Source of the DNA: Paraspadella gotoi
Lineage: Eukaryota > Animalia > Chaetognatha
Reading direction: 5' to 3'
Assembly: GCA_051294375.1 (NCBI GenBank)
Contig: CM119263.1
Location: 15,354,532 to 15,417,969, forward strand
Length of the DNA stretch: 63,438 bases
The notes beneath the pieces are model-generated. The model made no database searches. It had not been told where the DNA came from and saw nothing but the letters and a program-made list of their open reading frames with translations. The translations under genes and the position numbers were made by a program. This document shows positions 47,095 through 62,734 of the stretch, one piece after another (within the stretch, counting starts at the first letter, position 1; the number at the start of each line of letters is the position of its first letter).

Positions 47095-49023
47095 TCTTCT
47101 CTCTCCTCTCTCTCATTTCTCGGTGTCTTCTGTTTTCTTGTACTACATCTTGTGAAGCAGCTTCTTCTCTTCCTATGTATCTCTCGGGTATTTTTTTTTA
47201 TCAGTTTCTCATCTGTTAGTAGTAGCTTTTTCTATCGAGAGTTAACACCACACGTATCGAAGGAAACAAAAAAATACAGCTACCAAATCATAGTATTTAT
47301 TACCTAATTCTATATTCTTACGGTATAAATTATTTTGTTCGTGGGATAGGTGAATTTGTCTATTCTGTTGTTACTCTTCCGTTCTACTGTTATTATCCAA
47401 TACAAATTGACCTCACCAGTTTCAACTGAAATGGCTATCTCTGTCTTTGCTACATTTCCTCTGGGGCACTTTCCCCGTTGCCGATTTTTGAACACCTACC
47501 TCTCCAGTTCGGCAGGTCCTCCTCCTCCTCCTCCTTCCCTCCGTACTTTCCTCCTTCGGTGCCTTCATTTGGAAAGTGTTTCGTTACCCTTTCGTCACCC
47601 CGTGGAAGTTTTCCGCCTCTTTGCACCTTGAGTGGCCAGTGCCAAGAAAAATTTCTTTTTTCCTTCAATATTTCGCGATCGTGTGAAAAAAGATGTAGCT
47701 TGAGCCCTTAGTTAGGTGCGAGATGATGGCAAGCGGCAAGTTCTTTTCTGAATCCGGAGACAATATCTGTGTGGCAAGTGGGCATTGCAGGCTTTGCACA
47801 ATGTGAAAACGTTCTCCTGCATGTCTCGAGTGGCACGAAACAGAAGTGGCAGTTTTTGTTTTATTTAGACGTAAAGTTTGACACCTGTCTCAAAATGAGC
47901 CTCGTCTGTAATAACGTATAAACTAATGAAGATAACTTGAAGTTCATCGCCGTTAGAAAGGCTATAAAATGCCATGGCAGCGGATCCTAGAAAATCGCTC
48001 AATGGGATCGTTTTTAGATGCTATGATACTTCAAAACGAAATTTGTAACAAAATTCTTGAGCTTGGTCCTTTTCCGCCCCCTCCACCAGAAAAAAAAATG
48101 ACAGAACAATTCCGATAAACTTGGCCGGCCTCGAACCGGTTTATGGTCCGTAACTCTTCCGCAGCTTCGACGCCATAGCGATGACGCCGACCACATAACA
48201 CACCATTTTTTTTTCTTCTTCTGAGAACTCATACACTTACTTTTTCTCTCTTTTTCCTTACTTTAGTGTTATGGTACGCTTTAAAGTCTCCCCAAAGAAT
48301 CGCCGCTTGGGAAGAATATGAGTCGGCAAGGATTTAACGATCCACAGAACAACCGGAAGGCGATCGATATTTTTGTTTTGTGTTTTATTTGGTTAGTATA
48401 TCTTTCCGCTCCCAGAAGGCGTGAGTTTTCAATTGTCGGAGACTACCCCGTAAATGCCGACTTCTTAAGAATTAATGCTCCACATTTAGCCCGCAATCTC
48501 CTCCTCGGTTAACTAACTTTCTCATCGTCCGATCCAATCTTCATCTTTATTATCTCCTTCCTAAGGACATGCGCTCTCTCTTTCTTTTCACCTCTTCTGT
48601 CTCTGTCTCTCCACTTTTAGCTTATCGTCATTCCTCCACAATTCATTTTCTGTTTTCCTTTTTTTTTTTTCCTTTTTTTTTTCCGCCCCGGCTTTTCTTC
48701 TCCTTGTCCATCTTTTTTTTTTCTCTCTTTCCTTTTTGTCGCCCTTTTGTAAAATTGAATTTCGTAATGAAGATAAGAGGATGGCTCCGTCAGAAAATTG
48801 TCAATGGAGAAACGATGAAGATAACAATATGATTTTTGTCTTATTTCTCTCTTGTCGTCGTTCGTGGCTGGGGCTGGTCCGTTTATTAATTAGTATCCCG
48901 ACGAAAGGAGAAAAAAAATCATAAATACGTATTCTCACCCTTGACCGTCGTCTTCTAAAGAAATCGCCAGGGGGCGATCGACGTATGATTGTGTCAACTT
49001 TTTGTTACATGTACTTGCTCTCT

Positions 49024-49096
<73 letters not shown>

Positions 49097-49192
49097 TTCG
49101 TTCGCTAATTATTTTCTGCGTGGCAAAAAAAAAAAAGAAAACGAAGAAGAAAAAAAAGAGAGACTGGAGAGAGAGAGAGAGAGAGAGAGAGA

Positions 49193-49232
<40 letters not shown>

Positions 49233-49818
49233 GAGAGACGTCTTTATGGAATGAAGGCTGAAACACTCGGGACGGCATGAAACATTACCCGGGAGGGGAG
49301 AGAGAGAAGAAAGGAGAAAGAAGAGACGAGAGAGAGATAGAGAGAGAGAATCAACAGATAGAGAGAGAGAGAAGAAAGAGAGATAAATTGAAAGAAATTG
49401 TGATTCTCGGAATGTTGATAAAAATAGATCCTCACAAAATCATTCGGATTTTAAACAACTTCTCTAGCTAATGCTTTTAACGGTTCTAAATTTTTTATAA
49501 TATTTTTTGAAAAGCAGGAATGCACGTATTATTGATTTGTGGAAAAGTACAGCGTTATTTTTTCTTTGATAGTTGATACAAACACAATTTTCAAATGTCT
49601 CTTGGAAAACTCGTTAATTATGCCAGCGCGAGTATTGAACAAGTTTTAGCGGGAATCCTATCGACGTCAGCGAATCACGTTTTACCGAGTTTCAAAGTCG
49701 AACAACGGGAATTGTTCAGTATGCAAATTAGATTATTGAACGAGTCTCTGCCTTCGAAGGGAAAAAAGGACGGTTGAAGGGAGAGAGAGGAGGTGGAGGA
49801 GAGAGGAAGGAGGAAGGA

Positions 49819-49932
<114 letters not shown>

Positions 49933-51140
49933 GAGAGAGAGGAGATGAGGGAGATCGTTGCGAATTTACGCCTCATGAGATAAAAATGCGACCAAATGCT
50001 GCCGACGACAACAAAGCAGCCGCCTGTCCAGGAGAATGAGGAGGAGGAGGAGGAGGAGGAGAGGATCGAGTCGGTAGACTGAAATACGTAAAGACGAAGA
50101 CGAGATTTCAACTATTGGAGGAGAATGAGGGAGAGCGAATTCAACTAAATGGGAAATTATGAAAATTCGATGTAATTTATGATAAAAAAAATCAGATAAA
50201 AAAAAAAGAAGAAATCAAACGGGAAGAAAGAAAATTGAATGGAAACGTTAAGCCGAGAACCACTTCAGAGTCAGAGATGAGCAAGTGATAACAAAGTCGA
50301 ATGTCGTCTCAAGAAATTGCAAGTTTTTTGGCGACTCAAAAAGAAGCTAGAATTTACGTAGGTCAGCCTATGACGGTTAAACTGTAAAAAGCTTAAACAT
50401 TTTAATTTACATGAAATTCTCTCAGCTTATGTGAATATAAAAAATGATGAAATTCGAAGAAATACAATATGTTAATCGAAGAGGTAAACGACTATTTCGA
50501 CGACGACGACGACGACGACGACCGCAACGTCTTTGACGGCTTCGACTCCGTCTCTAACTTCGGGCGAAAGACAGTGGCGCCATTAAGTTTATTATGCTCA
50601 TGCGAAAGGCGCAATTCCGCGTCGAAGGCTGCGGCATGAGANNNNNNNNNNNNNNNNNNNNNNNNNTTATTCTTAACCCAGTGATAGATTTGGCGATGTT
50701 TTTGTGAGCCGGTAGGAAAGTGAGTGAAAGGAGCTAGATATAAGTTTTGACGGAAATGCACAAGTGAAAAAAATGAATGCAAGTTGAAACTGATCCGTTA
50801 ATAAAAATCTTATGCTAGGATCGTCGCTATTGACAACCGCAAGTCAGGAGAGAGGGAGAGAGAGAAGAATGAGGAGTGAGACGAAGAGAAGAAGAGTGAA
50901 GAGGAGAGGAGAGTGAGAGAGCGGGGGAGGAGAGACATAAAATAAATAAATCTAAAAGAATCAAGATCGAGCCAGAGCCGCATATCATAGAAAATTAATG
51001 AAAAAAACCGGGAACGATGAATCATGGCGATAACGAATTGTTGATGTACTAGTAATTGATTGAGGTTAATACTAATTGATTGATGTAATAGTAATTATTG
51101 TGGTATAGGAAATTGTTATTGATTCGATGATAATCAATTA

Positions 51141-51245
51141 TTGATGCGATGATAGTCATTCACTGCTTGTGATGATGTCATTCAGTGTGGATGATTGTCA
51201 TTCATTGATGCGATGATTGTCCATTCATTGATGCGATGATAGTCA
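51141..51245. repeat. ~21-bp degenerate minisatellite (TTGATGCGATGATAGTCATTCA)
   Basis: 4-5 imperfect units. Confidence 0.65.
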
Positions 51246-51287
51246 ATAAAACAAACAAATGCGTGTATGAGTGAAAGAGAGAGAGAA

Positions 51288-51318
<31 letters not shown>

Positions 51319-51334
51319 GAGAGAGAGGAAAGAA

Positions 51335-51369
<35 letters not shown>

Positions 51370-51851
51370 AAAGAAAGAAGAATAAATCCACGAAAATCTC
51401 GGATGAAAATATGGGATTTTGTATTGAAAAAAAGCGCGAATAAATGGCAATATAAAGTTTTTAGAAGCGAAAAAAAATAATCCAGAATTTTTTCAAAAAA
51501 AACAAACGATCACGCAAAAGATCGGACAGAATAGGGACAGACAACACAGAGAAGACAGAGAGACAGAGAGAGAGAGAGAGAGACAGCCGCTGCAGAGAAA
51601 AAGAGAAAAGAGAAAAGAGGCGATTATATAATAATTAAAAAGAGAGAGAGAGAAGGAAGCTCTACAGCCCCCTTTACTCGTTAAAGAAGTCAGCAGTACA
51701 TTATGGCGCCGCACGTAGCGTGAGGGCTATTCTCTACGCCAAAGGAACGCCGGGTTTTCGCGCCCTGTTCGTGGCGTCGTTTTTTACATTAGTGAACCCA
51801 CATTATATCTAAAAAAATTTTTTTGTAAAAAAGAGAGAGAGAGAGAGAAGA

Positions 51852-51953
<102 letters not shown>

Positions 51954-52800
51954 CGAGAGAGAGAGAGAGAAAGAAGCTGGACATCGCTGCAGAGCCGGAA
52001 CTCGTTTTTAGAAGAAGGCAGTGACGCGAGAAAAAGAGAGAGAGAGAGAGCGACATATAATAAAAACGTTTTTGTTTGTAATAAACATAACAAATACCAA
52101 TATTGATAATGAAATGAGAAATTTTAAAAGATCTTGATGATTAGAAGCCATAATGAAAATCAACTCGGCCTATGATATCACACTTTCAGAAGCCATGATT
52201 TGCAAAAAAGCGAGACCGAAAGCTAAACGAAAAAAAAATCGAGAAGGCGGGCTTGTGCCGCCTGGCTCGATAAATAGAGGATATTTGTTGTTTTGAATAA
52301 AATGTAAACAAAACATTTAATAACTGTCCTGACTATTTTAAGGACATACGATGATGAGCAAGCTGATATAATTATAATTAATCTATTAATTAAATTTAAA
52401 TTAATTAATCTAATTAATTAATTTAATTAATTAATCAATTAATTAATTAATATAGTAGGCAGATCCGAACATTTGTTTTGCACAAACTTGTTTTTATTTC
52501 TTTCGTCTTTTTATTTCTTCCTTTCTCCCTCATTTACATTCTGTATTCGAATGAAAGCCTATATTGCCATCAAGAACCTCGATTGTAAGAAATGCGACAG
52601 AGAGAGAGAGAGACAGAGAGGAGAGAGAGAGAGAGAGAGGAGAGAAGAGAAGAGAGAGAGAAGAGAGAGAGAGAGAGAAGAGATGAGAGAGAGAGGAGAG
52701 AGAAGAGAGAAAATATTAATTTTTAAAGAAATTGAATAAGTTCTGATAAAGTAAAACTCGCAGGGAATCGTTGCCTTTGGTGCCGACAAGTTAAAAGCGG

Positions 52801-52908
52801 AAACAATTTTTTTCGTGTAAACATTTAAACGCGAAATTTACCGACCGTAAAAACAGCGTCGTTACCTCGAACCAAAGGAGCCATCACATCTCTCTCTCTC
52901 TCTCTCTC

Positions 52909-52941
<33 letters not shown>

Positions 52942-53294
52942 GCCTCTCTCTCTCTCTTCTCTCTCTCTCTCTTCTTATTTCTCTTTTCCTCTTTTATTCC
53001 GCTGAACAGCCTTTGTGTTCAGTCTCTGGGAGAGAAGAACGGAGTTTCGCGAGCAAGAATGATTTTATCGCCAGTCGTGAATTTTCTCTCTCTCTCCTCT
53101 CTCTCTCTCCTCACTCTCTTCCTCGATCTCGTCTCTCTCTCTCCTCTCTTTCGTCTCTCTTTCTCTCTCTCTTCTCTCTATGCTCTATTTCTCTCTCTCT
53201 TCTCTCATAGTGATGCTCCTTTGGTCGAGGTAACGACGCTGTTTTTACGGTCGGTAAATTTCGCGTTTAAATGTTTACACGAAAAAAATTGTTT
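52801..53294. repeat. ~87-bp inverted repeat (52801-52887 / ~53210-53294) ending at a gap
   Basis: AAACAATTTTTTTCGTGTAAACATTTAAACGCG... and its reverse complement abutting the N-run. Confidence 0.85.
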
Positions 53295-56200
53295 NNNNNN
53301 NNNNNNNNNNNNNNNNNNNNNNNNNNNNNNNNNNNNNNNNNNNNNNNNNNNNNNNNNNNNNNNNNNNNNNNNNNNNNNNNNNNNNNNNNNNNNNNNNNNN
53401 NNNNNNNNNNNNNNNNNNNNNNNNNNNNNNNNNNNNNNNNNNNNNNNNNNNNNNNNNNNNNNNNNNNNNNNNNNNNNNNNNNNNNNNNNNNNNNNNNNNN
53501 NNNNNNNNNNNNNNNNNNNNNNNNNNNNNNNNNNNNNNNNNNNNNNNNNNNNNNNNNNNNNNNNNNNNNNNNNNNNNNNNNNNNNNNNNNNNNNNNNNNN
53601 NNNNNNNNNNNNNNNNNNNNNNNNNNNNNNNNNNNNNNNNNNAGAAATAAAAAAAAAAGGGAAAGAAATAAAAGGAGCGAGAATTGAAAGAGGGAAGAAG
53701 TTAAAAAGGGAAAGAAAAGAAAGGAAGAGAGAAATAAAAGGGGAGAGGAGCCAAGGGCGGAATCGGCCAGGCATGAGGAAGGATGAGAATCGGCTAATGA
53801 AGAAGAGTGGGAGAAAGAAAGAATAAAGAAGAACAATAACGCGATAAAAAAAAGAAAAAAAGAAAGGAAAGACAAAACGAGTTAACGACAAAAAATTAAG
53901 GGAGATATAAAAAAAGAAATTCCGTGTATCATTACCTGACCCGCGCAAATCGGTCTGAAGCTGCACACATAATGAAGACGCGCGTTCTCCATATGAGCGG
54001 AGCTGACAATCAATATCTTATAATCTGAAATTCTTACATAAGAATGACGCTCGGATGGGCGCCGTATATATGCGATATGAGAGTAGACTGGAGATGCACC
54101 GTATGTAGTGGTCGGTGTATTCTGAAGACCGACTCTACTCAATGGCTGAGCTCTCCTGGAGCATGATTCTAGAGAATCCTTATATCGCGTGCGATGAGGA
54201 GTATATGCAGAAAAGTTGATTCGACACTTGGAAATTAGAGAGTTTTTTAAAAAAACATTGCGGCGCGCGCCAGTACGCTTGTTTACAATTTTCTCTCTCT
54301 CTCCTTCTCTCTCTCTCTCCTCTCTCTCTCCTCTTCCTCTCTCTCTCTCTCTCTCGTTCTCTCTCTCTCTCTCTCTCTTCTACTCTCTCCCTCTCCTTTT
54401 CCCGAATACAAAACGCTTTATATGATCCCCTTTCACTCCTCTCTTTGCCCTTTTGTCTGAGAATGGAAACATTTTCCCTCCAATTGACTTCCCGTGCGGT
54501 AACCTGGCGGTTCGACGAAACCCCTGACAGAAACTTCTTTTTCTTTTCAAGATCGCGCATCGCGTTCGTCTTGATGCCAAAAAAAGAGCATCCCCGGGGT
54601 GGAAAATGCAAAAGGGTGCAGAGATTACAGAAGAGAGAGCAGCAGCCAGCGTAGAGCCGCGAGACTGAGATGAGCAGCGATGGCAGAGCAGCAGAGCGAG
54701 AGAAGAGAGAGAGATCATAGATGGAGAAGGAGCGATGGAGTGAGAGCAAGCAGAGATGATCAGGAGAAGCAGAGAGCAAATGAACAAAAAGTGACAACAA
54801 TCAGTAGTCGTCGCCCCCTGGCGATTTCTTTGAGAAGACGACGTCAAGGTGAGAGATACTATTTATGATTTTTTTTTCTCCTTCGTCGAGGATACTAATT
54901 AAAAACGACAGCGCCGCCGACGACGACGACAGAGATGACGACAATAAATCATTATTGTTATCGTCATCGTTTTCCATTGAAATTTCTGACGGAGTCATCC
55001 TCTTATCTTCATTACGAAATTCAATTTACAAAAGGGCGGACAAAAGGGAAAGAGAGAAAAAAAAAAGAGGGACAAGAGAAGAAAAGGGGGCGAAAAAAAA
55101 AGGAAAAAAAAAAGGAGAAAAAAATGAATGGTGGAGAATGAGATAGAGCTAAAAGTGGGAGACAGAGACAGAGAGGGTGAGAAAAAGAGAGAGCGCTTAG
55201 GAAGGAGATTAAAGATGAAGATTGAATCGGACGATGGAGGTTGTTAACCGAGGCCAGAGATTGCGGCTAAATGGTGGAGCATTAATACTTAAGAAGGTCG
55301 GGCATTTAGGGTATCTCCGACAATGAAAACTCCACGCCGTTTGGAGCGGAAAGATTACTAGACAAAAAAACCAAGAAAAAAAATATCGTCGCCTGTCGGC
55401 GGTTGTTGCTGTGGATCGTTAAATCCTTGCGACTATATTCTCCCAAGCGGGATTTTGGGGAGACTTTAAAGGCGTACATAAATAAAGTAAGGAAAAGAGA
55501 GAAAAAGTAAGTTAAGAGTCTAAAGAAGAAAAAAAAAGTGGTGGTTATGGGTCGCGTCATCCGATGGGCGGTTCGAGCTGCGGGAAGAGTTAACGGACCA
55601 TGAAACCGTTTCGAGGCGGCCAAGTTATGGGAATTTTCTTCTATTTTTTTTTCTGGTGGAGGGGGCGAAAGGAAGCTCAAGAATTTTGTTACAAATTTCG
55701 TTTTTGAAGATCAGATGCATAAAAACGATCCCATTGAGCGATTTTCTAAGGATCCGTGCCATGGCAATTTTTAGCCGTGTCTACGAGGCATGGAACTTCA
55801 AGTTATTTCATTAGTTGATACGTTATTAAGAATGGGTCATTTTGAGGACAGGTGTCAAATTTACGTCTAAACTAAAACAAAAACTGCCATTTGTTCGTGC
55901 CACTCGAGACATGCGAGAACGTTTCACATTGTGCAATGCCCAATGCCCATGCCACACAGATATTTGTCTCCCGATTCGAAAGAACTTGCCGTTTGCATCT
56001 CCACCTTAACTTAAGGCTCAAGCTACATCTTTTTTCACACGATCGCGAATATTGAAGGAAAAAAAGAGGATTTTTTCTTGGCACTGGCCACTCAAGGTGC
56101 AAAGAGGCGGAAAACTTCACGGGGTTACGAAAGGGGTAACGAAACACTTTCCAAATGAAGGCACCGAAGGAGGAAAGGAGGAGGAGGAGGAGGAGGAGGA

Positions 56201-56590
56201 GGACCTGCGAAACTGGGAGAGGTAGGTGTTCAAAAAATGGGCAACGGGGAAAGTGCCCGAGAGAAATAGCAAAGACGAGGTAAGTTAGATCAGTTGAAAC
56301 TGGTGAGGTCAAGTTGTATTGGATAAAACAGTAGAACGGAAGAGTAAACAGAATAGACAAATCACCTATCCCACAACAAAATAATTTATTACGTAAGAAT
56401 ATAAATTAGGTAAATACATGATTTGGTTAGCTGTATTTTTTGCTTCGATACTGTGGGTTTTACTCTCAATAGGAAAAAAAAGCTTACCTCCCTATACTAA
56501 CAATGAGACCCTGATAAAAAAAAACCCTAGAGAACGATACAAGGAGAAGAAGCTTAGCTTCACAAAGATGTCAGTACAAGAAAATAAGAA

Positions 56591-56624
<34 letters not shown>

Positions 56625-56791
56625 TGAGAGACGAGACAAGAGAGGGAGAGAAGAGAGATAGAGAGAGAGAGAAAGATTAGAGAGAGTAAAAAACTCCGAA
56701 GAAAAGAAAAAAGTCAGGGAAAAAAAAAGCAGTCGGACTAAATGCAGGGCAATTGGATCCAACCGAAAAGTGAGGGGAAATCGAGCAAGGT

Positions 56792-56830
<39 letters not shown>

Positions 56831-59265
56831 CCCTCCCTCCTATCAAGTCCTAAAGGATTCAGGAACGAGAATTACCAGGATAAGATCCTCTTGCGAAAGA
56901 AAGAAACAAGGAAAAAGCAAAAAGCAAAAACCAACAAAGGTGCAGCCGAGCTGAAACCCAAAAGAGTTGGACGGCGAGAGAGGAAAAAAATGCGTTCTGC
57001 GATCGTCCTCAACTTTTTTGTCTATTTCAAACTAATTCGCTTGGTAAATCATCCATCATCTTACAACAAAAAAGGTTTAAAAGAAATCGCAAGGAAAGGC
57101 ATTTTTTCTAACTTTAAGATATTTTCATCATTAAAAGTATGTACATTACAGTATTGTACAGTAAGTAAAGTACACGTCTTGAAATAGAAATTCTGAACGA
57201 ACAAGCGATGGTAATAGCGATAAAAAATAAACATTAAGCGTTGGAGACTAATTAGTATGAAATCGAGGCGGCTTAGATGGTGAGATTAAAGGAGGTGGTG
57301 CCCCGCCCACCGGGCTTAGTACTGGCGCTTTCACCCATACCCACTCCTTACTCTCCTAATCTCGCCCTCACTCAGCCAGACGCCGCGCACTCGGCGCGCC
57401 CGTCTCCCAATCGTTGACGCCCGCTCGTCAAAACACCGTCTGGCGAGCGTCGTTCCGCGTCCGCGATCCAGGCTGCTGCTCTTTTGTTTGGATTGGGCGT
57501 CGTCTCCGTCCGTCTCCTCGAAACGCCCTCTGCTACTTTTAGCGCCGGTTTTTTTTTTCCGTGGAATGTGGCGACGCGGCCGTTAGAGTTCGGGATTGAA
57601 AGCGAAACTCGATCGTGGCTTTGACCTGTTTTCCAACCGACTATTACCGGGAGCGCGGCTTAGCGAGGCAGCGGCGAAATGTGAGAGCAGGTGAGCCGAG
57701 GAGTTTAACGATGCTTCCTATTTCTCATCATCGTTTCCTTCTTTTTTTTTTGATTTAAAATTGTAAGTATTTGTAATTCAGATTTTATTATTCATTCTCT
57801 CTCCGCAGCCATTGGCCCCGGAGGACAGAAGCGCCAAATCACTCGCGGTCCATAGAAAACACTAACAACCAAATAATCTCGCGTTTACTACTCAATAAAA
57901 ACGAGACATTAAACGCGGAAGTAAATCTTGCGGCGCTTTAATGCCGACTCCGGCTTCGATTCGCGCTCTTTTGTTTCGATTATTCGCCCGCGCGCCATCT
58001 GCGAAAGTCGACGGAAACAACGAGGACCCTTTACCGATCTCGCTTGTTTGGAACGTCGTAGACGATCGCTAGTCCATTAGTAGAATTGGGTAGAACTGTT
58101 TGGCGCCAACGTCACGACCTTGCTGCCTTTTCAGCTGGTATTTCCACACTTTCGCATTTTTTTTATAATCGTTTTTTTCGAAAAAAAATTAGTGAAAATA
58201 AACAAAAATAATAAAAATAAAAATAGAAAGAAAAATTTTTAAAAAAAAATAGTGCAATCAGAAAACTAATCGTTTATATCGGTTGCTATTTTTGCGACTT
58301 ATTGTCGTGTTGAGCTCGTTTTAGGTTAATTTTTTTATAATTTTCGCCATCTGCTTTGATCATGCTCAATGTACTTTTGTTTTTTGTAACTACGAAAAGA
58401 AAACATTTTTTTGAAAACAAAACTCTGTTTGTTTCGACAACGATTTTATTTTGAGAAAGTATTTTTTTTTAAATATTAAATACATAGTAGGTAAGCTCGA
58501 AGATTTTTTAAGGTTTTTGCAACGATCGTATTGTGATTCTATTCGGAAAGACCTTAGAAAACTAAGAATTGAACAGGGAAAGGTGATGAGAGGATTTGAG
58601 AAGAATGACGGTTCGGGAAGGAGATAGGTCGGTGCGTCATCAGTCGTCTCTCTCTCTCATTTCCTTTCTCTCCTCCTCTTCTCGTCCTCCCCACATTGGT
58701 GGTTGGAAAAGGACCTATGGTAAAAAGAGTGAATTCGTATATCGCCATTCAGCGCGTTTTATGACGGTTGGACTGTCATAGTCTTCTCTCTCTCTCTCNN
58801 NNNNNNNNNNNNNNNNNNNNNNNNNNNNNNNNNNNNNNNNNNNNNNNNNNNNNNNNNNNNNNNNNNNNNNNNNNNNNNNNNNNNNNNNNNNNNNNNNNNN
58901 NNNNNNNNNNNNNNNNNNNNNNNNNNNNNNNNNNNNNNNNNNNNNNNNNNNNNNNNNNNNNNNNNNNNNNNNNNNNNNNNNNNNNNNNNNNNNNNNNNNN
59001 NNNNNNNNNNNNNNNNNNNNNNNNNNNNNNNNNNNNNNNNNNNNNNNNNNNNNNNNNNNNNNNNNNNNNNNNNNNNNNNNNNNNNNNNNNNNNNNNNNNN
59101 NNNNNNNNNNNNNNNNNNNNNNNNNNNGGAGAGAAAGGATCGGTCGATGTTTTATGGGAATCACTTTTGTCCTTTTTGCCCGCCGCTTATTAGAATCGGC
59201 CCGAGATCGTTTGGACAGCTCTCTTGTCGTTTTCACAGGTGAGTCCTAAACCAGGGTTTCCTCTT

Positions 59266-59302
<37 letters not shown>

Positions 59303-60270
59303 GGACTGGAAGATCCCGCCCACCTTTTCCCGTCGCAGATTCTTTTCTAAAACCTTTTTCTTGCGTCTCGTGATTCCACATGTTTTTGTCAGCAGTAAAA
59401 GTATATTAATAAATGAACATGTATTACAATTTTATGACTATTCACCATGTTTCGTTTAAAGGAAGCGAGAAACTCCGATCTCAAATGCGTCTCAAGTCGT
59501 TTCTCGTCGTTTCTCGTTTTTCTCAGTTTTTGTCTTCCGATTCAGTAAACGGTGGATCTACCTCAACCGCTCTCTCTTTCTTACTTTATGTCTCTTCCAA
59601 GTTCCAACCCTTTTTATATTTATCGCTACATCTATCCTCTCATCGAATTTGACTCTGGCCTACTACCACATTGACTCGCCTCTCCTTTCCTCCTTTCTAT
59701 CTCCATCACTCGATGTTTCTCTCCCTCCCCCTCCCTCCCGCTCTTTTCCTTATTTTTCCTATTGTTCTCTTCCTTCTCTTTCCCTCTTTTTTTTCCTCCC
59801 TCTCTCCCTCTCCATTCCTCAGACCTCTCCCTCACTAATGGGTCGCCGCAGAGATTTGTCTCCGCAATTAAACCAGGGGAGGGGAAAGAGGAGGAGGAAG
59901 ACAAGGAGGAAAGAGACGGAGAATAAGATGTAAAAGAAAGACAAATATAAGGAGGAGGAGGAAGAGGAGGAGGAGGAGGAGGATGAGAGGGAGGAGGCGA
60001 TGGGGAGGCAGCTTGGGAGGGAGAAATGAAATGGGGAAGCCTAAGTAGGGGAGGACGAAGAGTAGGAGGAAAAGGACGAGGAAGAGGAAGAAGAGGAGAA
60101 TGAGGAGGAAGAGGAAGAGGAAGAGGAAAAGGAAACGATCATGAATGTCGTAATGAGGCTCGAACGTCGAATGTTATTCCTGGACGAGAAATAAAATCCT
60201 CCAATTTATTATTTCATGGCTGTCGGAAAATTTAAAAAGAAAAGACGTCGGGCGAAGCCTGTCTCCCGTT

Positions 60271-60377
<107 letters not shown>

Positions 60378-62675
60378 GGCGTTAACGACTTTCCAGCGGT
60401 GCTCGTTTAAAAAAAAAGAATTTATAAAAAAGAAAGTTTATTTCTTTCCTATCGCGATGAGTTTCTTTTTCTCCATTTTCAACCGACGTTTCCCACTTTT
60501 TCATTTTTGAGTTTTATTTCTGTTTCTAAAAAAGCAGGATCGCTCTGTTACTATTGATCGAAAATGTACGTAGTAGAAATTGATATATATAGAGTCATGG
60601 ATGGAAAACAGAAGAAGAAAGTGAAGAGATAAAGGAAAAAAAAAGGATTCATGAAAAAGCCAAGAAAAATAGAGAGAAGAAAAAAGAAAACATTGGCTTT
60701 TCTGTTCTGTCGGTCGGCGCGATGAAGGATTACTAGGTGCAAAGGCGCCTGGCTAATTTCAACGAAAAACATGCAAAGGTGGCGCTAGAAAATTAGACAA
60801 GAGCCAAAGCGGAGTCATCCTTGTCGTTAAATGCCTCGTCCTTCAGATTGAGAAATCTATTGTTCATTCAGTAGCGCGCAGTTTTCGGTGTGCAGTCAGC
60901 TTTTATCCATTCGATTCTATGGGCCCGCGATCAGCTTTGTCACTGTCAAAGACCCGAGTCGACGTTTAATCGCGAAATCCCGAGCGGTTGTTTGCATCTA
61001 TACATTCAACGGTTTCGAGCCCCAACTGCGAGAGGAGAAAACAACGACCCATTTGTCTCCCTCAACTCTTGTCTCATTTTCCCGACCCAAATCACCTGTC
61101 GCCCTCCTTTTTTTTCCTCCGTCGCCCCGGCGCCTCCTCACCCTCTTTATATCTCGTATTCTCACCTTCCCTGTCATTTTTTAAACTTGACACCCCCCGT
61201 CTATTCGGCACCTCTTTCCCTACATTGCCACCCCAATAATCCAGACAATTCGACACCCCTCTGATTCACCAGAGTGCCCATCCCGTCACCACCTCTTCTC
61301 CGCGCTCCGGGAGCAAAAATTCGTCTGGCTCCCAACGTCCAGCGGCAAGAGCACTCGCATCGGACGCCCAATTATTGGAGGCGAATTTGGAGACGCAAAT
61401 TTGGGGCGAGAGAATTCCACGTTGGACCTTGGTCTTGGGCCCCTCGATTGGGATCCAAAACAATCTCGTAATAAAGTTACTGTTAGTAGATTAAAACAGT
61501 TTATATTTTTATTATCCAAGTGTTTTATGTATTTATAAATACTTATTTCTTTCTTGCTTTCTTGCTTTCTTGCTTTTTTTTCTTTCTTTCTTTCTTTCTT
61601 TCTTTCTTTCCAATTTCGTCTTTTTCTTTCCTTATCTTCCTGAAAAATCAGAGCTGAGAATTCTCCTTCCATTTTTTTCCTCTTCTCTATTTCGCATCAA
61701 TCTAACTCTCCCACGACGTCGTCGTCTTCGTCGTCCTCGTCGTCGTCACGCTTGACCCAACTTCATTTACATTAACCTAAGACATCCTCGACCCGGCACG
61801 TCCCGTCCTTCCTCGAATGCATCCACCCTGCGTCTCTCTAGAGCCGATGGACCAGCACGCCCACCTCCACCCTGGATCCCTCGATGCATGCGCCCCAACA
61901 TCGCATCATCAAAGGTTCAAATCCTCCAATAATATTTTTACGCAATTTTTGGTAAATAATAATCTTTTTAATCTTTTAGTACTTATCTACGTATAATCCT
62001 TACTTTTTAAAAAAAAATATGTCAAATTACGTCGACAGCTCGCCGACGCAAATAATAAGTATTTTTCATTAAAACCACCTTTAAAAAAAAAAAAACATTA
62101 TATTTTTACGAGTCCCTTTCGCCCGGTTCAACCTTTTTCCGATCCTCATCCACCCTAATATCCTCCGACCCACGGAGCTCGACCTTTTCTCATTTTCACT
62201 CGGAGAATAATTTTTGCAATGCGTTCGAGGACACGAAATCTCGCCCGAGGGAAGAGGAGAAGAGGAAAGGAAGGAAAGGAGGAAAGCGAAACGGAGGAAG
62301 AAGGAAAAAGAGAAAAGAACCAAGTAAAAAAGAGAGAGAGAGAGAGAGAAAAAGGCGAACCGAGAGTAAGACTCTCACTCTAATCGAGGTAATCAATACT
62401 TTCGGAAGAAAAAAAAAACCTAAATGAGTTGACGAACTCGACGAGAAATTGGCGAGGAGGCGCGAGGAAGGGGACAAGAGAAAATGGTTGAACGGAGGGA
62501 AAAAATGGGAAGAAGAAAAATTCGCAAAAAAAAGCAAAAAAAGAGGAGAAAAAAGGAGTTGGTGATTCGCCAGCGAGCGAAAAGGGAATATTGAAAATGA
62601 TGACTTTTTGCTCTTTAGCTCTGATGACGTATAATGGTAAATAATGGATTCCTTTCCAGAAGAGCTCGGAGAAAA

Positions 62676-62734
<59 letters not shown>

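Noticed and set aside
61316-61355. Walker-A-like peptide FVWLPTSSGKST in one + frame
   Set aside because: No other helicase motifs follow and several frames are open here, so it is likely chance.
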